A DNA stretch of 64,000 nt from the NCBI GenBank assembly GCA_030704615.1, contig CM060732.1, positions 72,106,001 to 72,170,000 of the forward strand, read 5' to 3'. Shown here piece after piece: positions 38,885-49,975 of the stretch (position 1 is its first letter; the number at the start of each line of letters is the position of its first letter). Under the pieces are notes generated by a model that was not told the origin of the DNA, searched no databases, and saw only the letters and a program-made list of their open reading frames with translations. Origin of the DNA: Takakia lepidozioides (Eukaryota; Plantae; Bryophyta). The translations under genes were made by a program, and so were the position numbers.

Positions 38885-39032
38885 GCGTTGCATGCTATGT
38901 GGGCATGCTGGTGGTGCCACGACCATGTTGGTGTGTGACAAATGCTCAAGGAGGTGGCACATGGGATGCTTGACACCGCCACTTGAGGAGGTTCCTAGTG
39001 GAGAATGGTTGTGTCCACGATGCCTTGGATAG
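38885..39032 (+). pseudogene. PHD finger at the integrase C-terminus
   Basis: C4HC3: CMLC..TMLVCDKCSRRWHMGCLTPPLEEVPSGEWLCPRC, followed by the stop at 39030-39032. Confidence 0.92.
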
Positions 39033-39285
39033 AGGTAGTGGGGCATGACAGTGGTGAGGTTGACAAGTGATCCAAGGTCTAGCTAACGGGAGTTCAATGC
39101 CATGGACACCCAATTGGAGCCATGGATTGCATGAAGGCGAGTAACGATGGGGCTACTTTTACACCCGGCCTCTTGATCTATTGCCTTCAGATACTGGGAC
39201 TTGGGCGATTGATGACCAAACGATGATCTTTATTGGGATGGATACTTGTCAGTTATCCGGTGTTAGAGGGACCTAATCACCAGCT

Positions 39286-39839
39286 AGGGGGGCGATTGTG
39301 GTATAGCTTTCTAGGATTGTGTGCTTATATTGTGTGGTGGACAACGATGTATGTTGTGGCACGATGCTTAGGTGCACGATAGCTGTCATGGTTTTAGTCA
39401 TGGTTATCTAGAATTACCTACTTCTAGTTAACTAGGACATTTTAGCTATTTATATTTATATTCATATTTTGTGTGTTGGGACTTCATTTGGTCTCACATG
39501 CCAAGTGAGGTGTTGAGCCTCACTTGGGACATGGGGATAGGTTTTCCCCTTGTGAGGATGGAGGAGGCTGATCTTCTTGTAATTGAGCCTCCATGAGCCT
39601 CTCTCACCTCCATAGCTCTAGGTATTGAGAGGGAGTGTGGTGAGGGCTTTGTAGGGTGGATTCCCTTAGCAAGGGTGCCCTTGGCTTGACTTAGTTTATG
39701 TATTGAGTGGATTCATGAGTAGAGGGTTTCCATTGTGTTCACTTTCATTATCATTGTGGTATAGCTTTCTAGGATTGTGTGCTTAGATTGTGTGGTGGAC
39801 AACGATGTATGTTGTGGCACGATTCTTAGGTGCACGACA
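39286..39839 (+). repeat. PPT-like tract plus B1-gc-A2-B2 terminal block
   Basis: AGGGGGGCGA (39286-39295); B1 39296-39381 and B2 39754-39839 are 86 bp each with 3 mismatches; junction CACGATA-GC-TGTCATG. Confidence 0.92.
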
Positions 39840-41329
39840 GCACAAAATTGACCAGAGCAAAATCAACTGCTTCTGATCAGATCATCTTTGGCCCTCTATC
39901 TCTGCTCTCTGGAAACCTACCTCGGAACGCACTAAGGGTGGAACCGCCATATTCCTAATCTCCCCCTCCCTCCAACCATTCGTAATATCAGAAATCACTT
40001 GGCTGGCTGGCAGACTTCAAATCTGCATCCTCAACCTCCCAAACTGTCATGGACACATTGGTCTTGTCAACCTCTATGCACCAAACAATGCAGCAGAAAG
40101 AAGTGACTTCTAGTCTATTCTCATAGGAAAAATGGATGCAGAATCAACCATTCACAATTGGATCTTGGCGGGAGACTTTAATATGGTAGAATCACTGCAT
40201 GCAGACAGACGTGGAGTGGGTTCATTTCCCCCCTAACATGGAAGAAATGGATCAATGGCATTCGTGCATCCAGAGCCACAACCTTACAAAGATAGAACCA
40301 GTTTCTCTGTCGGTAGATCTCTCTTATATCTGGACCAATTAACCGAACACTTGAACATCTCCACAAGGCTCGACTCGATAGAGCCTGCGTCTCCTTTGGC
40401 CTTGTTCAATGGTCTAAAAGAGATCAACAACAACCCATCCCCGTGGGATTTGACCAGGCAGTACCTATATCCCTGACCATCACTATTCCATCTGCTCATT
40501 GTCGGGGGTAGGGGTCTGTACAAACTGAACAGCTTGCTCCTCAAACTACCATCCTACAAGCAGAGTCAGCTTCAAGCACAACATGATGATTTGTCTGGTT
40601 ACTATAGGTATATATACTTTTATACATGGATCGTATGATGACTCATGAGTTATATGTCGACCTATATTTTTATTACGTCGCACTCTGTGTGTGTATGCGA
40701 TGTTGAATGTTCTGCTTGAAGATTGTTTGGGCTATGAAGTGATTTTTTGAAGATTGTTAAGTAGAGAGACTTCGATCAATCAATAAAATTCTAAATCCTC
40801 ACGGATTGCATAAGAGGTAGTTACATTCTTATCTTTAATCTTTCCGAGATTTAAGAATGGGAGGTTGGGTAGCACATGAACATGCTAATATGAACACGAG
40901 GGCATATTCTGCATATCCCCCAGGACCCAAAAATATTCCACAGAAACGATAATTTGTGAAATTTGAGAAACTATTTTCAATTGTTCATATGAGCACTAAT
41001 CACATCTATATGTGATAAACATGATACATAGGCGTGGATTTTGCTCATGTTGTACTCACCAGTGTTGTTTTGGTATCACGTTTAGGACTGGTCCTAGTAC
41101 TAGATGTATCACAAAACTTTCATACCAGTTTGGTCTATATAATGGTGGATGTATTTATTTTTTTCCAAATATTGGTATGAGTATGAGTATCATGACCACA
41201 ATACCAGCTGGTATGAGATATCAATTCTGGTATCATTCTAAAGCCATCTTGAATTACAATTTTATCAAATAGCAAGTATCAAGTGAAAACAAATATGAAA
41301 CCTTTCCATCCTTTTTCTTCTCCTTTTCC

Positions 41330-42487
41330 GCAAAAAAGGCTTATAGAGCCCTTCTGAATGCTACATCGCTGCCAGCTAAATGGAATGCCAAGTGGATCCA
41401 TGAGAACTTCCAGGATGAAAATTGGGAGTGTATATGGAAAATAATATGGGAGAAGGCAAAGCCAGCCAAAGTCAGCGCCTTCCTCTGGCAGATCACGAAC
41501 AGAGTACCCAAAGTTGGATGTTTCCTTAACTTTCCAGAGGCCCTACTTTGTTCTTGCTGCCATTTAGGAGCAATAGAAACCCTGGAACATTGCCTTATTC
41601 AGTGCCAGGCTCCCCTTCTTATCTGGCTCCTGGTAGCATCCTTGTACAGAGCTTGGGAGCCTTTACCCCAAACCGAGTGGTGTTGATTCTCAACTACGAC
41701 AAAACTACTAAATCCACAGCCCTTAAATGCCCAGTGTTTGAATAATTGAGAGGGGCCACCCTCTGGCATCTCTGGAAGGCAAGATGCTCTTGGTCAATGG
41801 ACAACACAAACTCTACTGCCACTGCCACTGCAACTCTCACCAAGATTTTTTTTTACCTTACCATTGTAGCTAAAGTGGCTTGCCATGGCAAAAGTTTGTG
41901 CAGGAATCACCAAGACCCCTGAACGACAGCATGCCCTCCTCGGAGCCTAAGCCATTTGGGGACGAGGCGACATCATTTGCAATTGTGCAGGCCCTAATAC
42001 ATGCGAATGGCCTGCAGAGACCCCCCTTCAATGGCAACGGCACAGATCCCTCCTCTTCCGCTTCCCCTGAGTTCGACAAGTCTGATGTGAACTGGAAGCA
42101 TGTCAAGGCTTCTATGAAGACCAAGCTATTCTACAGATAGATTTTTGCTACTCTACTGGGCTCTTCTTGATCTCCTCCCTTCTCCTGGTTTCTTCTACAT
42201 TTCTAACAATCCAGCTTTCAATAGAGAGTGATCGGATTGGTTGCTCCAGGGTCTTGCTACTCTGGGTGTTTGGTTCGTCCGATGGACTTGAATCAGGTTC
42301 ATTGATCTTCCTCATGTTGTTGCGTGCCTTAGCTGTCAGTCGTGCAGCTTAGTTATCGTTCATTGGAGATTCCGCACTGTCCGCCGTGAGTGTAAGCCTT
42401 ATGGCAGCCTACGGGCATCAAGGGTTTTAATTTTTTTCCCTTCAATAATTCTAATAAATCTTACCCTGTTCACTGAAAAAAAAAAAT
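41330..42487 (+). mobile_element. LINE 3' fragment (zf-RVT region, 3'UTR, poly(A))
   Basis: WECIWKIIWEKAKPAKVSAFLWQITNRVP..CSCCHLGAIETLEHCLIQC, LWHLWKARC; ends in A11 at 42476-42486. Confidence 0.8.
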
Positions 42488-43843
42488 ACACCTAAAGAAA
42501 TAAATACACATAAGTACAAATATGTAGGCATATGTACACATAAATTAGTATAATACACACACCAGAGTAAATGAGGAAGACAACATGGGAGTACTGGTAT
42601 TGTGGCTGGTATGAAAAAACTGATACCAGCCGGGTCTGGTATATGACCAAGTATTCTCCCAAATGATACTCCCTAATACTAGTGCATATACCAATACTTT
42701 ATACCAGACCTTCACCTATATACCAGTCCAACACTCGTACTCACCCGATACTAGGTCTTTCCATAATAGATGTGAGACTGAGGTCACCTTTAAGATCATC
42801 ACCCATGGATAATTTTGGGGCGAAACTTTGACCCCTAAAACTACTTTTATATTTTCAAATATAATTTTTCAGGGTGAATCTCAAAAATCCATAATTATCT
42901 CCAAAGTTATCAAACCGTCGCCACTATCGCTACTAAAGGTTTGGGGTTTTTGGCTATACTACTAAGGGTTTCGCTTTTAAGTTAGAGTTTATATATGTTT
43001 TTCTTTTCTTTTTCTCCTTTTTTTTCTTGAGAACAGGGGACTGAGGCCCTGGATTAACTTTATTATAAATTATTTGGGGAAAAAAATTAATACCCCTGGT
43101 ACACCATTGTTTTTCTTTCATTTTGAAAACATATAAAATCCTGTGACTGGGATTAAAAAGATGACGGTTGTGCTAAAGCTCTGCTCACACGATTCCAACC
43201 CCCCCATAGGGGTCCCATGGGCCAGAGCCTTTGGGCAAGACTGGAAAATCCAGAGGATGTTCCCCCTGCCCCGGATCACGAACATGCCCCCTAATCCAGA
43301 AGTGCCCTAGACAGAGCCACGTAATCCAGCAATGGGGAATTCTGTTAAGGGATGTCACTCTAAATACAAGGTACTTGGGGGCAGACAGTTGTCCTGATGA
43401 ACAGAACCTGTACCACAATAGTTCCTGTTTTCTGTTGTTTGACTGTTGCACACTCATGTTGCTAAATTTATATATCTTCCCTCGCTCGAAGTGCAAAAGA
43501 GAGAGATAACTCTAAGTGACAAGTCCGTATCAACATTCCTGTGACATACTCCTGGTATTCCTGGTAGAACCTTCTCACGTTTTTATAAATCCTTAGGGAG
43601 CCGAGTCTTTTCGCTAGCGAAAGATTGAGGCAGCTCGGATCCCGCTTAGCCGATGGGAAAAGTGAGGGCAAATTATCCCCTTGTACCCAGACACTGCAAA
43701 CTACTTTTGTACAAAATTCTGTCCTGTGTGTCTTCAGACGTTGACAATAGTATTTTCCAACAACGCAAAGGAACCGGGGGGATAGATGCACACACACTCA
43801 GTGAGGGCCCCAAGCCTATCCGATATTTCCCCAAAGATAATGG

Positions 43844-46177
43844 TCATGCTCCAGCTGCATTATCCAGCCGTGATGCCAGAGCAGGCACCCTCTCCTGGAC
43901 CACTTTCCATACGCCCTGAAATTCATCATCAGCATATCGCAGAACTTGAGATATCCGACCAACAAGGGGGTTTGCCTTTCCATCCTCACATGAGGACTGC
44001 ATTAACCCCAAGTACTGCTGAATGTCATGGGGCAGCAATCCCTGAAGTAAGTAAGGCAACAAATGTGCATGAGAGGCCTCCATCACTCCTATGCAGTGCC
44101 CCACCAACGCTTGTTGGTTCTCGCTACCAAGGCCCGCTGCGTCCAGCAATGGCAGCAGCTCCCTCTCTTCTTCATTGTAATGTTCCACGCTATATGCCTG
44201 CGCACATGCAGGTATTTAGGGCTATAGTCCGGTTCCTTGTACCATAAACTCTTTGGACTTCCCATGGACATTGCTTCTTTCCAAGCGGCACAAAAGGAGA
44301 GGAAGGGGGAGAACTTAATGCTATTACCAATCCCATAAGAGACTCGAGTGTTTAAGTCTATAATAGGCAGCCCGGGGATTTTTAGTGCAGTCTCCACGCA
44401 CCTGGAGGGTTCGGAAACGATCTGCAATTGCAAAAAGAGCTTCACGGTAGGGGGTGCTGCCTTGCTCCATGGCCATCACCCCCTTTAGGTCCTCGCGGAG
44501 GCCATTCATCACTGGTAAATCTCGGCCATGGTCCCTGATTGCTGCCGCGCTCACACCTGCAGCGCTAGAGATCATAAATTATATTTGTGTGATCTATTCC
44601 ACAAGGTCATTCATATGCAAGGTCTGGAAGACCAAGTGCGGACTAGCAACCACCCCTCCAGTCGCAGAGGGCAAAATAGTAACAAATCTGGAAAAATGTA
44701 ATTGAGGTAGAAGGAAGACCCATGCATCGAGATGAAAGAACTGTAGCCTAAGGAGGAGTGCTCGATGAATAGGAAAGGCTGTAAGACCATTGAAATTTTC
44801 AAGTACCGTAACAGGCAACTGATGCTTACATAGGGATAGGAACAGGCAAGTCAAATTCACACTTCCCCAGAACATTCAAGGCAGCTGAGGAAGATGATCA
44901 ACGCAAGAAATGCATTAGGTGTAAATACCTGCATCGGCCACCTCAAGTGCGGGAAAGACAACCCTTTCCTCCATCTGCGCATGCTCTTGCATTAACTCCA
45001 CCAGACGGCCATAGCCTTTCCAGAGAGAACGAACCTGTATCGCCACTACTCGTTTCTTGCAGTCACCTGTCACTGCCCCAGGCTTGGCGACCACTAGCCC
45101 ATTCGCCAGCTTCACAAGTCTCCCCAGGTGCCAGAGGATACTGCGGTGCTGCAGCATTGTCATGACTATGATTGGTGGTGGCATCCTTTCAACCAATGTT
45201 TTAGCCACAGCTGTTTTTAGCAACTCCAGATCCACATTCACAGGGGCATAGCTCGGGAAGGAATACATGGCCTTGGTGTAAGCCAGCAGGTAAGAGTGGG
45301 TCGACTTGATCTCAAGCCCACGAAAATATGTAAGAAGATCAACTAGGGCAAGAAAGGGAATTAGGTAAACATCCACAAGGGAGAACTGAGAACCAAAGAA
45401 GAATGGACCCTCCTCCTTCCCATGTTCCCACATTCCCTTATCTAACCTTGCAAACGCAGCATCCAGCTGTGGTTCTAAATCATGCTGAATGAAAGGGTTC
45501 CCATCATACAATAGCTGTCCAACAAGGGGGGTGAACGTGTTCTGAATGTACATGACCCACTGCTGCACATTATGCTCGATAGCAGTGGGCACTAAGGTTG
45601 ACCACTGAAAGGCCTTCTCAATGTAGTCCAAAATGGCATCAGTCGAGCCACTGAGCTTGTGGTTACCATGCTGCAACAAGGGCAATTTACCGTCGGGGCA
45701 GATTGTCTCTAGCTTACGGCGGTTCAGGTCATCAGCGGTCAGCCAGGTGGGCACCACTGGAACGCCCTAATACACAAGATAATCAATCTTAGTTCACCCT
45801 GTGTAGAAGTTGCTTATTCGTTGGACTCATAAAGACTAAACGTGAGAAGAAATCAACAGTGACTAGCTGGTTGACATTCCACATTGTCCAGGATCAACAT
45901 TCATTTGCAACATAACATTCTATGGATGCTCAAAGACTTGAAGGCAAGACAGAAGAGGATTCAAGCTTACCTTATGCTGCAAAGCAATCCGTACACGCAT
46001 TGTGAACGGGCACAACATATCGCCAACCAATTGTACCATTTGATGGTCCACATCTGCGTTTATTGGAGATGCCCAACCTGATGGAGATCCCCAAGCTGGC
46101 ACCACTGCAGAAGATCTCAACGGGGTTTCGATTGTCTGCCTTTTGGCCTGTGCAGACTTTGGCCAGCATGCTCCCAT
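43844..46177 (-). CDS. GSTH: Hemerythrin-class glutathione transferase; exons 46177-45971, 45766-44929, 44556-44402, 44197-43844
   Basis: GST N-domain with Cys site LCPFTMRVRIAL, GKLPLL, GST C GPFFFGSQFSLVDVYL; hemerythrin HHE motifs QHRSILWH, EHAQMEERVVFP, DHGRDLPVMN, EHYNEEERELLP. In-frame GT..AG junctions. Confidence 0.9.
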
Positions 46178-48014
46178 GTCCCTCGAATCTTAGGAAATTC
46201 CCCCTACCACTGTACCTCCTACCCAGGCCTTCCCACGCTTGCCAATCTTCCTTGATTCCTGTACATTGAAACACATGCAGCTGCATTAGATTGGATAGCC
46301 CTGATATAGCTGAGGACTACTTGATTCAAACCTTGGTGCTGATTAATTTTTTTTGTAATGGCTAGAATTCAAGACGGATCATACTGCACTGTACCTTAAA
46401 CGAAATTGACCACCTTCGCATCACAGGAGAAAACGTGATCTTCGATAGGAGGTCGGACAGTGTGCGTTACGATTAGTTCTGCCACACAAGCCAGCTAAGG
46501 TCGTTGCAATGTACTCCGCACTCTACAGCCCCTCTACAGCTTCTCTGCAAAACGGGCAAGCCAGCTTCCCTGCACATGTATTAACCTCCCTGCTTTAGCC
46601 GTAGGGAAACACGTCCTGCTCTTTCGAGGCTCTCTCAGCATACGGTGAGTAACGTTAGGTTGTCCTTTCCAGATCGCCCTGTACAAAATCCTTCAAGCCT
46701 GCAAAAAGAAGGTGCTTGCTGTCACACTTCCTCCCTTGTCAGATGTGCGTCTTTTACAACCTGGTCTACTCTGAATTTCGGTATTCTCCAGTAACAAATA
46801 ACACCATCTGGCGGGTGAGATCCAGTAATCCAGTAGATCGCATATAGGACGGAAACTGGTTATTCTTGAGAGGTATCGTCCATTCCGATTCGTCACAGCG
46901 GCTGCTGCCATGCCACCAAAACCTATCAGTCGACCCGGTCCTGCCGCTCCGCTGTTTGGTGTGCATGCATGGATTTCTAGAAATTCCCAACGCTGTTGTA
47001 ATGCAGTTCATTTCTCAACCTTTACTACTGTGATTGCGCCTCAGTCTCTTCCGTCCCAAACAGGTTATCACTGGTCGACGTGGAAACAGTTTCTCCGTGT
47101 CAATGTTTGAGATTGACATTGCGAAGAGCCAACAGGACTTAGAGAGACAAGGGAGGTAGTTACATTGTCCAGATTGTGTAGAATTATGTTGATAACATGA
47201 CACCGACACACAAAAACAGAGTGGACACAGCAGCCTGAAAACCTGCCAAGTGGACCTCAAAAAACACATCGCCAAAAGCATCCAAAGAGGAAAGTTGCAC
47301 AACACCAAAATTCAACGCCCATACACTCTCTCAACTCTTGGGGGTTGATTACCTGGACACAGCCACAAAACCCGCCTGAATAGAGTATCCTGGATGATGA
47401 AGACCTTCCGACTGCGCCTCAAACTATCACACCGCCATAAGAACCTCTGAGCAACTGTGCACAACGCAGTAGATCACAAGAGCGCGCGCACCACCCCGTT
47501 CTTGATCCGCGCAATGCAGACAAGAGAGAGACGATAAAGAATCCTCGCTGCGCTCTGCTCTGCACATCGCGTGCGCGCGACCATCTCTGTGTCCGGCGAT
47601 ACTGTGGCGATACTTATCCCGCCAGTATCCACTTATCCCGCCAATATTAAACTTTTTATTTCTTTGCTATAAAGTACCATTTCATCTCATTTCATTTGCT
47701 CATGCGGCCACGTGCTAAAATTTCGTGGGCTTTCAGATACTCAGCCAATGATTGTGAAGGCCCATGAAATTTACTAAATATATGGCGAAACGGTGAGACT
47801 AGTGGCGAAACTCGCTAGAATGTTTACCGTTAACAGAGAGTTGAGAAGGACAGTTTTGATTCCGCACGAGCGTCTGAAACCGGAAAGTAGCCGTTGCCAT
47901 GGCCCCACTTTTGGCACGCATAATGTGGTGGATGGACGTTCTGTGATGGATGAACATGGTCTGCTGAATGAAAATGGCTCGATGAAGTGCAGTGTTAAGA
48001 AGGATGGCATTAAA

Positions 48015-48371
48015 TAGAGTTATCCATAAATTCCATCAACTGAGGTCGACTCGACCCACTTCCAGGCGAATCTGTGTCCAACTCGGATGTTGCGTGTTTT
48101 AAGGCATTTTGTCGTATTCAACTCAGGTCCAAACCAAACTCAAAACACCTGCCCAAATGCATGTCCAGGGAGTTTCTTCGTGAATTTAGGGATTTGTACA
48201 AGTTGAAGGTTGGAGAGCAGAGGGCTTGAGTGAGAGCACTCGGGTGGAACTCACTATGAAACTCCCACCTCTTTTAACAATTCCTAACAAATTTACTGAG
48301 CGAAAGTAAACTCCAATCGAAATGGCGTTTTTTTAGGATAAAACTCAGGTCTGAATTTACAGATAACTCTA
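48015..48371. mobile_element. MITE (357 bp)
   Basis: 19-bp TIRs TAGAGTTATCCATAAATTC (48015-48033) and GAATTTACAGATAACTCTA (48353-48371), 17/19 match. The terminal TA may be the TSD. Confidence 0.75.
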
Positions 48372-48502
48372 ATAGCTGCAGTACATTTCTCAGTGTGGGG
48401 GGACATTGCTGCCTTTGTCAATGACTCCTAACCATGTTCTATCACAATGCTAAGGGTATCTTGTATCTACAACAATATTTCAATTGGGATCTTCATTCCT
48501 TA

Positions 48503-49420
48503 GAGCATCCCCACCCTACACTGAACCCAGCACGCCAGCAGAATATCAGGGTATACAGTTTCAAGGTGGGCGGGAAAATGTCCACACCCTTGCCCTGAAC
48601 CCTATATCCCAAAAAAAACGGGCACTAAATATCGTTCCGTGCCCCGAACCCGAGCGCCGTATTCAGAGCCCTGAACCTGCCCCTGAATCCAAGTCAGCGC
48701 GACCGTGACCATGGCAGAGCGCGCGTCGATGCTTCCCGCAAGCGACTTGGCAGCGACCACGCCCACTCCTACCAAACCTCGAAAGGGAATTTTTTACTCA
48801 TGAGGAGGACCGTCAGCTCTGCATCTCGTTTCTTGCTGTGTCACAAGATCCTTGCATAGGAAACGGTAAAAAATCCGAGGCATTCTGGAAAAGGATGGCT
48901 GTTCATTTCAATCAGAAACGGGCTGATGGGTTGCCGGAGAGACCATATAGGAGCTTGGAGAGCAAGTGCTCTACAATTAGACATCACGTTTCAAAATGGA
49001 TTGGTGTGTACCGGGCAGTCATTTCCCTCAAAGAGTCTGGTTGTAGCAAAGAAGACAACATTGCGAAGGCCGCCCAGCTCTACCAAGACAAGCATCCGAA
49101 GAAAAAACCATTCATTTCAAGCATTGTTGGCATATTTTGAAGTACGTGCCAAGGTGGGCTGAATTGAGGAGTGACAACGTGAAAAAACCAGCCTCAATGA
49201 AGCGCAAGTGTGCTGCAGCTGGTGGGGAAATGATTGAGGAACCTGATGTGCAAGTGTTGGACGAAGACTCCAAGCTTGAAGTGGTCCAAATCCATAACGT
49301 TGTTGGAGCGTCGAAGTTTGCGCATCTGCAAGGATGCCGCTCAGCAAAAGAAGATCATAAAGACACAAAAATGAAGGACCTTGTCATCCGGGCACAGTCT
49401 GCCAAAACTGGCAGAGATGA
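48503..49420 (+). mobile_element. PIF/Harbinger remnant with Myb/SANT (NAM-associated-type) DNA-binding ORF
   Basis: TTA|GAGCATCCCCA terminus; EEDRQLCISFLAVSQDPCIGNGKKSEAFWKRM..R..SLESK..I...VSKW..LY..KPF, frameshifted. No right TIR found. Confidence 0.7.
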
Positions 49421-49427
49421 CATCAGC

Positions 49428-49780
49428 TCTGAGGGGGGCCAACTAAAGCTCTTGAAAAAATTCAGATGTCCAAAAGGCATTGACAGGTGCATCATGTCTC
49501 TTTCTAGCAATCCAAAATGCCATCGCACTCTTGAATTGGCCAAGTAGAGCCCTCCCATCAAGGTGTTCAAGTCTGAAGGTGCCTCGAAACTTGCAGAAAT
49601 GGCAGATTCACTGAGGGGGGCCAACCAAAAATCTTGGAAAAAATCAGATGCCCAAAAGGAATTGAGTTCAGGTGCATCATGCCAGTTTCTAGCAATCCAA
49701 AATGCTATGGCACTCTTGAATTGGCCAAGAAGAGCCCCCCCACCAAGGTGTTCAAGTCTGAAGGTGCCTTGAAACTTGCA
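49428..49780. repeat. ~183-bp tandem duplication x2
   Basis: CTGAGGGGGGCCAAC..AAGGTGTTCAAGTCTGAAGGTGCCT.GAAACTTGCA starts at ~49428 and ~49611. Confidence 0.8.
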
Positions 49781-49975
49781 TCATCTCGGATAGTGGCAGG
49801 AAACGAGGTTGTGTGTAAATTGGAGCAGACCTGACATAGAAAGCACAATCACAAATCACCACACCTTTGTTGTGATCTATTAGTAAGTACATGGACAAAC
49901 CTTTAGTGAATTTGTAGAAAGCCTCAATGGTTCCAATGTACTCCCAGTATCCATCATACAAATATGCTTGCACCT
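49778..49975 (-). pseudogene. ADP-glucose pyrophosphorylase (small-subunit-like) gene fragment
   Basis: VQAYLYDGYWEYIGTIEAFY and FY.RSAPIYTQPRFLP.S.M match the AGPase VQAYLYDGYWEDIGTIEAFY..FYDRSAPIYTQPRYLPPSKM segment. Rest of the gene is absent. Confidence 0.8.

Larger units (their letters stand above)
21831..39839 (+). mobile_element. Ty3/gypsy-type retrotransposon with DNMT3-like methyltransferase, PHD finger and split direct repeats (~11.0 kb without the nested insert), decayed
   Basis: Termini TGTCATG..CACGACA; 4-bp TSD GCAT/GCAC. Repeats A1 21831-22201, B1 39296-39381, A2 39384-39753, B2 39754-39839. Domain order gag-PR-DNMT-RT-RH-IN-PHD. Confidence 0.9.
21698..40570 (+). mobile_element. 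L1-type LINE ORF2 APE endonuclease, split by the 21831-39839 element (pieces 21698-21830 and 39840-40570)
   Basis: Left piece: MIINLQSSNIRGLG..LQE. Right piece: HK..KGGTAI..VNLYAPN..WILAGDFN..RLD..DH. Removing the insert and one TSD copy restores CAG GAG CAC AAA (QEHK, the QET-motif position). Confidence 0.8.

Noticed and set aside
21831-39753. Conventional element with A1 and A2 as its two LTRs
   Set aside because: No TSD at the A2 end, no PPT directly before A2, and the LINE frame is only restored when the end is placed after B2.
21831-39839. DIRS/Ngaro tyrosine-recombinase element
   Set aside because: It has an aspartic protease, HHCC-DDE integrase, TG..CA ends and a TSD; no R-H-R-Y recombinase ORF recognised. 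A highly decayed one in the leader cannot be excluded without an HMM search.
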